From: Amoeboaphelidium protococcarum X5
Taxonomy: Eukaryota; Fungi; Aphelidiomycota
Assembly: GCA_023515725.1 (NCBI GenBank)
Contig: JALDTO010000208.1
Span: 1 to 64,000 of the forward strand
Direction of reading: 5' to 3'
DNA: 64,000 nt
Notes under the pieces: generated by a model
Database searches by the model: none
Told to the model about the DNA's origin: nothing
The model's input: only the letters and a program-made list of their open reading frames with translations
Translations under genes and position numbers: made by a program
In this document: positions 24,845-37,700 of the stretch, piece by piece
Numbering within the stretch: the first letter of the stretch is position 1
How the letters are laid out: the number at the start of each line of letters is the position of its first letter

Positions 24845-25239
24845 ATTCTCCAGTGTTGGTATTAGAAAGATTTTATGCAGATGGATAGTCAGATATTCAC
24901 CTTCTCGTACACCCGCAGAGAAGCTCAACTAAGAACCGAAACTCAAAGTTGAAACAGAAACGCGTATGCCGATATACTGGATCAAAGCCAGCCTAGCCTA
25001 TTAGCAGAACGCGATGACGAGTGAAAAGTCCATTCCTCGTGATTGATTGATTGATCAATTGACGATTTGCTCAGATCATCAACAAAGAAAGCCTCCGCTG
25101 ATTTCGGCTTTAATTTTGAGAGAGTTGTTTTGTCTTTTGACTAGATTCTCGTCTCGTCATTCCCAGGAAGCCATATTTGGTCGTTGTGCATAATAACTAT
25201 CAAGATCCTTGTTGGCTCTAGCATATAAGACTGTGGAAA

Positions 25240-26595
25240 ATGTACTAACCTGTGGTAACGTCACCTGTCGCTCATCAAAAGACTACATTGCTCTTCTCTA
25301 TAAGCGACAAAATTGGTGCATTGGATGAGGTGTTGTAGATCTTGAAGTAGTAGGGTGTCAATCTGAGCCGAATTGAGTCTCGTCCATCTATTACGGCAGA
25401 GTATGATTATGACTTTTTTGTTGAACTCAATTTTCAGAAGACTGTCAGCGATAATAATGGTGTCAAGAGCGATGATGATCCTGCTGAAGAGTAGCGCCGC
25501 GTGAATGCTGTGGTAAACTCACTGAAAGGTGTTGTCAGTAAAGTAAAGATTGTGGCATCATCACCGCAATCTCTGAACTCCAAGGCAATACCATGGTTTC
25601 CTCGTCGCAAGTACGATCTTGACTCTTTCGCGGAGAAAGTGCTGTCTTATGGCGCTGAACTGGATGCTGATCATCCCGGATTTAAGGATTTGGAGTATCG
25701 AAAGAGACGTGATGAGATTACGGCTATTGCTAGAACTTACAAGACCAACTAGCCTATTCCTCACATTGAGTATACGGAGAGTGAGTTGTAGACGTGGAGT
25801 ATTGTTTTTAATAAGCTCACCCAGCTGTACCCAACTCATGCCTGTAGATAGCACTAGTATGTGTTTCCTCTACTGATTCAGAATTGTGGATATAGCGACA
25901 AGAATATTCCACAACTAGAAGATATTTCCCGATTTCTGAAGGACTGCACTGGGTTCACTCTGCGTCCCGTGATGGGATTACTCTCTTCTAGAGATTTTCT
26001 GAATGGTTTGGCATTTCGCGTCTTCCATTCTACCTAGTACATAAGACATCACTCCAAGCCATTTTACACTCCTGAGCCTGATGTTTGCCATGAACTGCTT
26101 GGACATGTTCCTCTGTTTGCAGATCCTGAATTTGCAGAGTTTAGTCAGGAAATTGGTTTGGCATCACTGGGCGCGTCTGATGATGATATTAAGAAGTTGG
26201 CCACTATCTACTGGTTCACTGTGGAATTTGGTGTGTGCAAAGAGGGGGATTAGATTAAGGCGTATGGTGCTGGCCTGCTGTCGTCTTTTGGTGAGTTGGA
26301 GTATTGTGTTGGTTAGGAGCCCAAGTTGTTGCCATTTGATCCGGAGAAGGCGGCCGTGACTGATTATCCCATCACTCAGTACCAGCCTCAGTACTATGTT
26401 GCAGAATCGTTTAGAGACGCGACAGATAAGGTTCGCTAGTTTGCATCAAGCATGGATAGGTAGTTTTCTGTCCGTTACAATGCCTATACTGAGAGTATTG
26501 AAGTTTTGGATTCCAAAGAGAAGGTTGTGCGTTATGCATCCAGCATCAGAAGTGAGTACGAAAATCTGATTGAAGCCATCAGTAAGCTCCAATGA
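25240..26595 (+). CDS. PAH: Phenylalanine-4-hydroxylase with ACT domain
   Basis: [64 protein letters not shown]. Confidence 0.96.
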
Positions 26596-26678
26596 AGTAC
26601 TCATTGAATGAGGGAAAGCAATGTTAAAATGGCATTATTTGAACTTAAATATATTTTTATTTTAAACTGATACAATCT

Positions 26679-27566
26679 TCACATAGCCACACGTCCCTTC
26701 TTATTATTCATAATCTCTGGTTGAGAAGTAGAGTTGACAGATCGCAATTTTCTCTTTAACTGTACACCGAGAGACTGCTGCTCTTCGGCAATCATCGCCT
26801 CACCAACCTCTTGATCTTGGCTGACGTTTATATCAAACAGGGTGGCCTGATCCGACAACTCAGCGGTTGAACCATCTTGTTACTTTAGTGGCATTTGATA
26901 CAGCTGAGGCATAGAGTACATGGTGTATGGATTATAAAGCATCTAATGATTCAATTGCATCTAAGGCTTAGGAGCTATGGACATGATCTTGAGCCCACCT
27001 GGTCTCTACAATAACTCCTATGGAATCTGGGTGACGGACTGATCCAAGATGAAATCATTGCGATGACGCTTAGCTTTGGCGCGTTTGTTCTAAAACCAGA
27101 TCTGCACGTTGCGGACACTCAAGTTCAGCTACTAGGCCAGCTGTTGTTTCAATGCAGGTGAAGGACGCTGAGTCTTCATGAATACACTCATAAGTACACG
27201 CGTCTCATCTTACGTCAATCGACGTCTTTTAGTGTTCTACGACTCGGAGCCGCTTAGAGCGGTAGCATCAGATGTCACGCTGGTCATTGACGATGACACG
27301 AGATCAGCTGGGTCATCACTCTTGGAATCAGCTAGATTGCCATTCGAAATGTTAATATTATCACTGACACTCCCCATAATAGAAACATCACTCAGCAGAG
27401 AGTCCAGAGTAGACGATTTAGACAGAGAGCTGAGATCAAACTCATTGTCAGTCAAGTAGTCTTCATCGCTCAGAAAGTCAAGTCCAACGCTCTGTACAGG
27501 CGACAATGCCACCTTCTCTGGCTCTTGCATCCAGTTTGGCAAGAAATCAGCATTAAGGAAATCCAT
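26679..27566 (-). CDS. Homeodomain transcription factor
   Basis: KRRRLT...F...P...LA..LNLSVRNVQIWFQNKRAK; the Q of WFQN is TAG. Confidence 0.93.
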
Positions 27567-27793
27567 GATTGATATTGATATTATGAAAGGAGGAATATTC
27601 TATTCTACTGAGATAGAAAAAAGCAAAGGCAATGATCCCATTATATATCACGGTTAGAAGAGCAGCATTCTATTTTTGTCGACAAAAGTTTCTATTTAGA
27701 GCAAATTGATACTAAAAATAGCGCCAAACTCAAGAGCATGATTTTGCTTACTTACTATTTATATTAAACAACAATACACTTTACAGTACAGTG

Positions 27794-28584
27794 TCATGAA
27801 ACATTGGGTGGCAATTTCTGAGGCTTCTTATTCTTCTTACAATCTTCCGGGATGGGAGTATCCGGACTGGTTGGTGGATGTATAACCTTTCCAACATACA
27901 CGTACTTTGCATGACTTTTGTAAAAATCTACCCAATCTTTCACTTGCTACATCAAACGAATTGACAGGATCAGATAGCAATATTAGAGAGTAAAAGCTTA
28001 ATACTAAAAGACTTACATTCAGTTGATCTCGAGTGAATCCGCGCAGATCGTGAGTGAGATGCTCCTTGAAACAGCCAGTAACGTACGCTCTTGCAGCATC
28101 ACGTCCGGCAAAGAATGAGTATCCACCATCCTACAACTCATTTGTCACTTGAAAATGGCTAAAAAATACAGACATACTTACAGGTCCGTAGTGAGCACGT
28201 CCAGAGGTGACATCAAAGACATTGCCGTCAATTGCAAGATATATCGGCTTTGTCGGATCACTTCCATCGTACTGCTTCAGTTCATCCTCGCTGAGCATTT
28301 GCTCTTTCAAATATCCAGATTACTACCAAACTGTACTCATAGATTACAATGATGACATGATAACTCAATGTAAATTTTACTATAGCTTTGCTTCTAAAAT
28401 TTGGCAATTCATATCCCCAAGTATAAGATCCCGTAATGATATAACTCAGGCACAAAGTCACCACTATGAATAATGTGGCAACTACAAAGAGACATGATTT
28501 TCGTGTGGCAGCGAAATGGCTACTTACAATACGCAGTGATAGCACAGTAAGGTGTTGGATCGTCCTCTTTCTCGTCATAATCAT
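27794..28584 (-). CDS. Cytochrome b5-like heme/steroid-binding (MAPR) protein; introns 28323-28380, 28131-28181, 27947-28016
   Basis: TM segment; ELKQYDGSDPTKPIYLAIDGNVFDVT, YGP/DGGYSFFAGRDAARAYVTGCF, WVDFY...YVGKV. Confidence 0.9.
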
Positions 28585-29087
28585 CTTTATCTTGACTCTA
28601 TAAATGATACTGCTTCCTACGTCGTTACATTGTAAATTTAGGCGATTGTTACAGTGAAGCGTTTGATACAGTGAGGAGGAGAAAGAGTTTCCCGCTCACG
28701 GAGATGTCCAGAAAGCGTTACAAGATAAGTTCATTTAATGCAACTCATTGTTTAACTAACAAGACTGGGCATTATTGTTAGAGTGTATATATTTCATCAC
28801 TATTGCAGGTTTTAAAATCGCGTATTCCGTAATCTTAACAACGGTCTGTTGAGAGATTCTTATCTCGATTAACTCTATCTATCTTTGTTCACGAATCCAG
28901 GCATTGGCTGGCTAATTACGATATTACCAGTCAATTGGAGCATAAGTAGTGTATTAATCTCTTAAATATGGTTTGTAAATGATGCTATTATGATTGATAA
29001 GCCAAAATGTGATGCCAGTTTGATAAGTTCTGACGCCTCCTAATAATCTACAAGATTATCCAGTTTGACAGATTTCTAAAACAGTAT

Positions 29088-30168
29088 TGATGTGATATAA
29101 CCTTTACCACTATAAAAGGATCGATAAATCCCATGGCCATCTCTTTCTCTATCATCATACTTCCTGAAAGTGACCGAATAATGAAGACTACAATCTTGGC
29201 AACTGTTGCATCTATTATCGCGTGCTCCTCCCATTTGGTGGCTGCTGATGATCACAAAGATTTCAAGGTTCTGGTGACTCCAAAGTTGAAGTATCATGAC
29301 GCGTCCAAGTACTGCAAGATCCAAGGCTACTCTCTGATTGATGTCACTTCTGAGAACTTTTATCCACTATCCAAGTTTGTGTCCAAGAAATTGGGCAAGG
29401 ACCCTGTGTGGATTCGCTCCTGGAACGGTGATGATTATGAGTAAAAGTATGGCGAGACTCCACTGGCTCTGACTCCAATGAGCAAGTTTGGCAAAGGTTC
29501 CATCAACGTCCGCAAAGACTATGGGTTGAAACTACGTGGTATCTGCCAGCTGTATCCTCGCGTCTCTTATGGCTACGAGAGTAGATCCATCTCTGACAAT
29601 AGCTACGGGTATGACGACAAGACTGGAGTATACAAGGTTCCTACGTATGGCTATGAGGAGAAGAAGGACTATGGCAAGAAGGAGAATAATGGCTACGAGA
29701 ACAAGAAGAAGGAGCATGACTATGAAGTTGAAAAGCCTCACCATGGATACGAGGAACCATCTTATGGATATGATCACGAAAAAAAGGAGTATGGTGTCAG
29801 AGATTTGAAGGTTGACAACAAGGACTACGAGAAGAAGGACTATGAGAAGAAGGATTACGGCAAGGAGAAGAAGGATTACGGCAAAGACAAGAAAGACTAT
29901 GGCAAAGATGACAAGAAGCCTGAAGATGGTTACGAGAAGCCATACCCAATGCCAACCTGGGAATGAACGCAGATACTGATGAATTTGACGCGAATATCAT
30001 GAATGTATGAATGAATGAATGAATGAATGAATCAATGAAATACACTGAATGTCGATATCTAGTCAAATTCTTCGATTTTGTTCTTGGGCATATGATTTTT
30101 AGTATTACTGTCTTTATAGAATGCGCGATGTTGATATTATATTCGATTAAGAGCGGAATGACCTTGCA
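29088..30168. repeat. Arm 1 of a ~1.1-kb inverted duplication (partner ~43742-44825)
   Basis: Promoter, CDS and 3' flank match the reverse complement of the partner. Confidence 0.93.
29181..29966 (+). CDS. Secreted protein: C-type-lectin-like domain + Lys/Asp/Tyr repeats (copy A)
   Basis: Signal peptide MKTTILATVASIIACSSHLVAA; ASKYC...L..V...VWIRSWNGDDY...ICQ; KKDYG/KKDYE repeats; TATAAAA at 29111. Confidence 0.85.
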
Positions 30169-31164
30169 AAATACCATGTTTTTATGTTTACAATGATTAA
30201 AACTAGTCGCTGGTGACGAAAATTCAGATCTAAATGCGATTGATTAACGCGGAACCTTGTATAAGTCTAAAGGAATTAATTGACTAGTCTATAGGATCCA
30301 TGATCGCGTTCAGGACCCCGTAGAGTCAGCAAGCCATCTGCAATAATGCGACCAAGATCTTTAATCTTACTAAATGAAATTTCCACTGAAAGGTTGATCA
30401 AGACGATCCCAGTTGGCTGGGAAAATGCTGAAAGGTGTGCCGCGGCCTGTCATTACAGAAAACAATGACGAGCTGGAAGCGACTATTCTGGTTCTGATCT
30501 CGTGATCTTACAGTTGCGCAAAATGATTGTTCAAGATAACAACAACACTCAGCTCATTGACTCAATTAGTTAGCCGCCTGGTAATTCTAAAACCAGATTT
30601 GTCTATGGTTGAAGAAATGCTGTTGATTCAAACCAGTCTGCCATCATTAGTCACATAGAAGGAAGAGTGTTACAGTAATCTTAACGCGACAAAACGGCGG
30701 CCGCCGATTTCTGGATTATAAAATGTCGCGTGCACACAATGATGAAGTGGCATGTATGAAGGTGGCGGCCTAAAAATTGAAACAGTTGACTAGTAGGAGA
30801 AGAAATGGGACTAGATTAACGTTGAAACCAATCGCTTACTTTTCTGATCTGTCGATTTACCATGGTATCTGGCTACCCACACAGCACCCTGTTTCATGGG
30901 AGAATTTGCTTATAGATACCGCTGCATCATATTTATATATGGCAAAAAGAAATCTGGCAAGTCTTTTAAGCTGCTGTGGTTCAGTGAGGACGTTAGCGAC
31001 ACAGCGCGCTGCAATTGTGTCACGGATCGGTTAGTTGTAATCTGGCAATATTTGCATTATATGGTTACAATTATATTCTTTACTTGATTAGTGTCCGTAG
31101 CTTCTAACATCGTGAATATTAGAAATCTAATAGTTATGACTTGTTTGACCAACCAAGACTGTCA

Positions 31165-31478
31165 ATGAAGAGGGCATATGAAGATGCTGAAGATGCACAT
31201 TTACTTATAAAAGTACACAAGCCTCTTGGCCCTTGGAATGCTGCAGAAATTGAACTGTTCAAAACTGGTGTCAATAGACACGGCTGGGAGAATGGTCTCA
31301 GATCGCTGGTTTGGTTCAAACGTGCGACAGGGACTAAGTGCGCGGCTATTCAAGATCTGGGAACGCCCAGAAGTACAGGTACACACAATCTTCGGTCCCT
31401 GCATTATCTAATCTGGCGGAGGGATTAAATAATATGTCTGAATGTTTCGAAGATTGTGTAGGCTGTTGTTGGAAGTGA
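31165..31478 (+). pseudogene. Small Myb/SANT gene with one frameshift near 31287
   Basis: GPWNAAEIELFKTGVNRHGW // WSQIAGLVQTCDRDQVRGY...NAQKY in adjacent frames. Confidence 0.7.
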
Positions 31479-32074
31479 TTTTCAGAACGTCTGTCCTTGA
31501 ACCGAAGTTGGAAAGTTTTTGTTTCACAAGGATTAAGACGCCACGCCCCTTGACTTGTGATCCTTGAATGATAGACAAAAGCCATACGGCAAATTCAATG
31601 AATACTTCATAGTTTCACTTGATTGATTTAATATCTACACCTGTGGCTTAGAAGAACCTGAAAGGCTCAAAATTCATTAATGATACGTTCAAAGTATATT
31701 CAGGTTAAGTTTCCTTCATTTAGATTTACTGCATCTCTCGGACAATTAATTGGGTCTGATTTCAAACGGCTTGAAACAGAAAGAGGTAATATCCGAGTAT
31801 GAAATTCGTGATCTATCAAGAGAACACAGCATTATTGACATTCGCAACAGTTTTAATGACACTGGTAGTGGCTTCAGCGAGGAGGGCAACTTGTTATGGT
31901 TAGACAAGAGTGGAAATGGCAATAGCAATGTTAACAAAGGCGAGCAAGAAGGGAAGACAGTACTGATATTAATCAAATACCTGAACCTTTGCCATTATTG
32001 AATTCACATAGCGCGATGTTACTAAAAGGCGGATACTGATTGTATGCTGGTAATTATTTTACTTATATTCCCCG

Positions 32075-32803
32075 TCAGGATACTGCGCCTGGAAGAACGC
32101 GAGTAGATACTTCCTTAGGAACAATGATAGCTAGATATTCATCGCCATCACGAAGTTTACCCAAATACCAATCTGACAAATGCTTGCGAATATCGTTCAC
32201 CTCGGCGTGGTCAACAAAGAAGTTGGTATGGGCCACACATTGAGCCTGCTTCATCTGTTCAGTCTGTTCTGCAACAACGTCGTAAGAAACCTTTCTCATG
32301 TAGGGAATCTCCAATTTCGCAACTAATAGTTTCGCATAAGCAACGGTGGATTCGTCGACAACAATGGGCAAACCCAGAGCACGTTGAAAGCTTTTGACAG
32401 CCAGAGGATTTGAGGATACCAACCCACAGGCAATTAACCGGCGCGAGCCACATACCATATTGCATAGAGTACTTGAGATGCGTTTCCCGCGATAATTGGT
32501 ACGAACAACAAGCTAAGTAATCCATAACAGGTAACCTCCAGATTCTTCCTCATATTTGCGTGTGTAAAATGCGTGTCCGACCAATAATCGATTGTTCGTG
32601 TCGTCGATATCAAATGCCATACTAACGCGGCAATCCTCCGAAAATCCACACTGACTTTTCAATCGGGCAACATTTAAGCGGACTCTCTGACCAGGATTTA
32701 TTCCATGTTCACCCCATATACCGTAATGCTCTGAAAACAGAGAAGAGGCTGACTGCCAGTCGCAATCGCTCAGTTAAGAAACTGGCCGATCCACAAATTC
32801 CAT
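32075..32803 (-). CDS. GNAT-fold (N-acetyltransferase-like) uncharacterised protein
   Basis: LFSEHYGIWG, VGHAF, WITQLVVRTNYRGKRIS (motif A-like), GLVSSNP, TNFFVDH, WYLGKLRDGDE. Confidence 0.85.
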
Positions 32804-33269
32804 TTCGAATTTTCAGAGACAAGTGTGAAGTAGAAGTAAGTTTGTTTCTAACGTTGCATGGCACTAGCTGATAAAAACATGGTTACTCGCAAACGGCAAC
32901 CCAGACGATGCTGTTGTACTGTATCTCTAATCAAATTACTGCAAGTCAAAAGAGCCGGGTGAGTGAGTATGAGGCTATATCTAGTGGAACTGCCCACTTA
33001 GTTCTGAATATACTGGACCCTGCCTGGATATCATGCTGTGCTGTACGGTGCTAAACGACTGGCGATTTTAACAGATAAATTTGAAAGCAAACTTTATGTA
33101 CTTCACATGTATGGTGTCATTCAATGACGCAACTCGGTCAAAATGGCGCTCAGGTTGTACGATATTTACTGGAAATGTATAGTGTCGTAGAGTTGACTCG
33201 GATACGTTTACTTTAAGCTTTAGCTGTCTGTATTTACCGCTTCATGCATATTCTACATAAATACGCTTG

Positions 33270-33988
33270 TTCAAAAAGCAACACGAGTACGCTGGTACTT
33301 CCTTAGGAATAAAGATAGCCAAATATTCATCACCGTAACGAAGATCATTCGATACCGATTTGACAAAGGCTTGCGGATCTAGTTCATCTCGACGCGGTCA
33401 ACGAAGAAATTGGTATGGGCAACACATTGAGCTTAATTCAATAGTTTAAATGTTCTACTCTACGTCGTAAGAAATTGAGCACATGTAGAGCACCTCCAAT
33501 ACCTCAACTAATAATTTCGCATTAGAAACGGAGGATTCGTCGACGACAATAGGTAAGCTCAAAGCACGTCAAAAGCTTTTGATCACCATAAGAGTTGAAG
33601 AGACCAGCCCACAGGCAATTAACCGGAGCGAGCCACAACTCATATTTTATAGACCGGAGTGCGTTTCTTACGATATTTTGTATATACTACAAGCTGAGTA
33701 ATACATAGCAGGCGGCATCCTTACTCTTCGTCATACTTACAAGAATAGAACGCGAACCCCGACTAATAATTGATTATTAAAGTCTTCCGGTATCAAATGC
33801 CATACTAACACGGCAGTCCTCAGAAAATCCACACTAACTTTTTAAATTGAGCTACATTAAAAATGGGACGCTCCTACTAGGATTTATTCATGTTCACACC
33901 ATACCCGGTAATGCTCTAAAACATAGTCGGAGACTGACTGACAGTCGCAACTGTTCATACTGAAAACTGCTCAACCGACTAATGCCAT
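33270..33988 (-). pseudogene. Decayed tandem paralogue of the GNAT-like gene
   Basis: Collinear similarity to 32075-32803; TGA at codon 6 and frameshifts. Confidence 0.85.
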
Positions 33989-34041
33989 TTTTCAAAACTA
34001 AAAAAATACTACTGTAATATATTCTCTATCATTGATCATCA

Positions 34042-34707
34042 TCATGAAATGACACAACAGCCGGCACAGCCACAATCTGCAGCCCCAAAATCACCACCGC
34101 CTCCGAGAGTATCTGGCAAATTTCCAGTGACACCATCAACGTCAGGAAGAGCAGGATAATCGGGACCCAAAGAGCTTACGCCTTGACCTTGACCACCAAC
34201 ATTGCCAGTTAGAATTGGCGAAAAATTAGGCAATGGTGCAACCGGATTGGATGCATAGCCCAAATCAGGGAAAGGTACAACAGAGCCATATGCATTTCTT
34301 CCATGGTCTTAACGGGAGCTTTAACTAACTACTTAGAAAGTTTAACCATTCTGCAGTTTTTATCCATAATAGTGAAGCTAGTGAAATTATCGCGCGTCAT
34401 GGCCATGCTACATTCCTTACATGGTGGGATACTAAGCTTGAGATGCTATAGTCCCAAAACCCTGATTTCTTTGACCATACATCCTTACACCATTATCAGC
34501 ATGCTACTACGGAGGATACTAGTAACTGGATCCAGCAGAGGCATAAGGATACCCAACTACTTGGTGCGCCTAAGACTACGCTGGTTAGGCGACCTCAAAG
34601 CCACCGAAACCCGCCTTGCCAACGCCACCTTGTTCTTATTTACCAGGAAGAGGGACACTTGAGACTACTGAAACTATAATTGCAACGTTTAAAAAGCTCT
34701 TCATCAT
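34042..34707 (-). CDS. Putative secreted Gln/Gly-rich protein ending in a CaaX box (CCVIS)
   Basis: 221 aa open in table 6; MMKSFLNVAIIVSVVSS-VP signal-like start; ends ADCGCAGCCVIS-TGA. Confidence 0.8.
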
Positions 34708-34749
34708 TCAATCTAAAATCTAAATCTATTTTATATCAGTGAAAAAAGT

Positions 34750-37700
34750 GGCCGATCTCTTGTTCGTGCACCTCAAATATTTTTTGAAAATTTTCTGTAG
34801 TAGATCACTAGATGATGGTTCGCTTGTTTCACAAGTATTTTGATATAATTTGTAGCGTTTCAGTATATATGGTGTCCATTGAAACTAGTCTTAAATCGAG
34901 ATATTCTCTCTGAACCCGTGTCTTTCCTTTAACTAGTAACTCACCTTGTTTGATTATTACTCTGCTAAATATGAAGGTTAAAGTCTCATTGATTGATGAC
35001 TTGTCGCGTCACTTTAATGTCACTGGTATTATACTGATTCTACATCTGTAGCACTATTTGTCTTATTATGTATTCAAGTCAAAAAACGTGCGCTATCCAT
35101 ACCTGCAAAGTCAAGATTCTAGACTAGAGCGTTTCATGATGATATTTGCGATTGCAGTCCGTGTGTGCCCAGTTAATCAGAAACTCGGATATCAATGACG
35201 CATCATGACGTGGTCTGATAGGATAGTGTTAGTGATTGAATCAGTCCTGGTAAAATGATGCAAGTTGACGCCTTACTTCTCTTCTTGATAAGAAATTGCA
35301 GAAATTGTGATATTGTTCAATAATAGAAAGTTGCATCTACTGTCCGATTTGGGTTCGACTCTAATGAAACTGTTGCAGTCTTGGCGCTGGTCATTCATAT
35401 ATTGTCGCGTTAATGTCAAAGCTTGCATTGTGATGTCACGGAGTTTATCAAGGGGGAGTAACATTGGTTGCAGTTGACCTGGTGGAGTAGATTATTTGCT
35501 TGCAATGTGTGATGTCTGGGTGCATATCTTGCTGAAATACTATCGCGCTGTAATTAAATGTTTGGTCGCTATATCAAGAAGTATTTCCGTTTGCTAATCA
35601 TTATTGTTGCATTACACAGTGATTGTCTTTGCGTCTGATTAAATTGGGTAAATGGTGGACGGCTGCCGTGCTTAGTACTGCTATGGAGGCGCTCATTGGT
35701 ACTGCAGATGTTGAAAGGTTTATGCAATGAGTTTAGGCATGCTGTCAGGCTAAATTGATCAAGATTAAGGTGATGGTGTCCAGTTGTAATATCAGGTTGA
35801 GTCTTGGGCTTTGTTCTTTGGATTTATCCAAAGTACTACGAAGAATTAAGGATGTCTGTTATCACAAACCACGAGGTTAGATCGCGGACCATTCCCTGAG
35901 GCCCATAAAATGTTCTTTTTCCTCGCGCGTCAAATTTCTACCCCGACTCAGCCACTATTGAAGTTAGATTAACCGAAGACGGCGGAGCGCGTTTTTCATC
36001 ATGAATTGATTCATATTAGTTATCTCCGCAATCGAGTGTGTAAAACGCAACAATAGAATGAATATTAATAATTTACTGAATCCTGAATTTGGCTCTGAAT
36101 CTACATTTACCTAATTTCAAAATAAAACTATTGCAATTGGTAATGTAACTGATATTGAAAGTGGTACTGGGACTGGGTTGGTAACTGGCATTGGTATTGG
36201 GGTTGGAAATAACACTGTTGTTGGCGTTGGAAATGGTATTGGTATTGTAGATGGTGTTGGTGTTGGTAATGCTGTTGGAAATGGTATTGGCTAGGCAATG
36301 TTACGGAATAACGCCTTGACATTGCCTGAACACAACTACGGTGTTCCGGGTCCAGGGAACTACGCCCATTAGCTTGAGAACTACGCTCATTATTAAGATA
36401 AGCCAGGACTCGATATTGCATTAGAAAGCATTGCATAAAATTATCACATGCACTAATCTTCGAACTAAGTGAATGATTACAATGCTATGCATGAACCTTA
36501 GTTAAAGTCCATTGATCATTCAATGACTACATAACAAGTCAATACTTATTAGCTAAGTAATAAAAATTCGAAAGCGAAAGTAAAGTACAATAGGAACTAA
36601 TCACCGATCTATAATATGGCATTATCACCTTATGCTCCATCATATGTTACCGATAGAGAATTGTCTACCAATTTAGGAGCTGGTCTATCTATTCAGAATC
36701 CTCGCTTATCTCCCCCTGTTTCCTATATTGACAATCGAACTCGTAATTAATAGTCCTAAGCATGCATGAAAGAAAAGCGATCTTAAGAATTGCCTGCTGT
36801 ACGCGAAAAGCGTTTAAAGACAGATCGTACAAAGAAAGCTCACACTCGTGCTAATGAGACCGTATAGCAACGAGACCTACGCTTGGAGAAGGCTCGTATA
36901 TACAAAGAACAATGCAAGTTGAAGGAGTTTAATGAGAACTTCTTGACTGACGAAGCTATTGTTCGTTTAGATCACAATCTAGAAGCAAAGCCAGTGTCTC
37001 AAACGGAGCAACAGTACGTGTATCAGAGTATCACTGATGCGCTTAAGTCCACAAATCTTCAAAACGTCGTCTGTTGCGTCTGTGACTGTTTCACAAATTT
37101 TAACAATTCAGTGCAGTTACGGTTATCATAAGCACCGCTTGAGTAAATGGCTGCAAAATTAGCATTTCCTCGCGATACTGATGTCAAATTTCATGAAAAC
37201 TTGCGCGGCTTCTATGATGTCGCATTGTAATGCAGGGACCTATCCGGAATGATGCTATCAAAGAAAGGCCTCATTATAAACGACGATCCTACGAAAGAGC
37301 CACAATTGATTTTTTGCAAGCCATGTTTGACTAGTTTAAAAAATAAGCAGTACAAGAACCCGCCTAAATTTGCAATAGCCAATGGCTTATGGATAGGTTG
37401 GTTGCCTGACAAGTTCACTGACACTAGGCGAATCGAATACGCAATGACTAATCGTGCACAAAGCTCAGCCTATATCAAAGCAGTAGTAGGCGGATAGCAC
37501 AAAAAGATCATAAGTCATGCTTACGCATTTTTATCGAACCCAGTAACGCCTTGCTAATTGTTACCGCGTAAAGTTGATTTGCAAGCTGAAATCAAAATTT
37601 CCATTTGTGGCGCTTTTACAGATCCATAGAAAGCCGCAATGCTGGCTAAACATAAATGCCGCCCCGGTCGTCTAAGCGGATTACTCGATTATTATGTTGA

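Noticed and set aside
29815-29915. CRISPR-like or satellite repeat
   Set aside because: These are coding KKDY repeats with no spacers, in a eukaryotic gene.
30180-31130. Possible gene in the island spacer
   Set aside because: The frames I tried are interrupted by TGA and show no recognisable motif.
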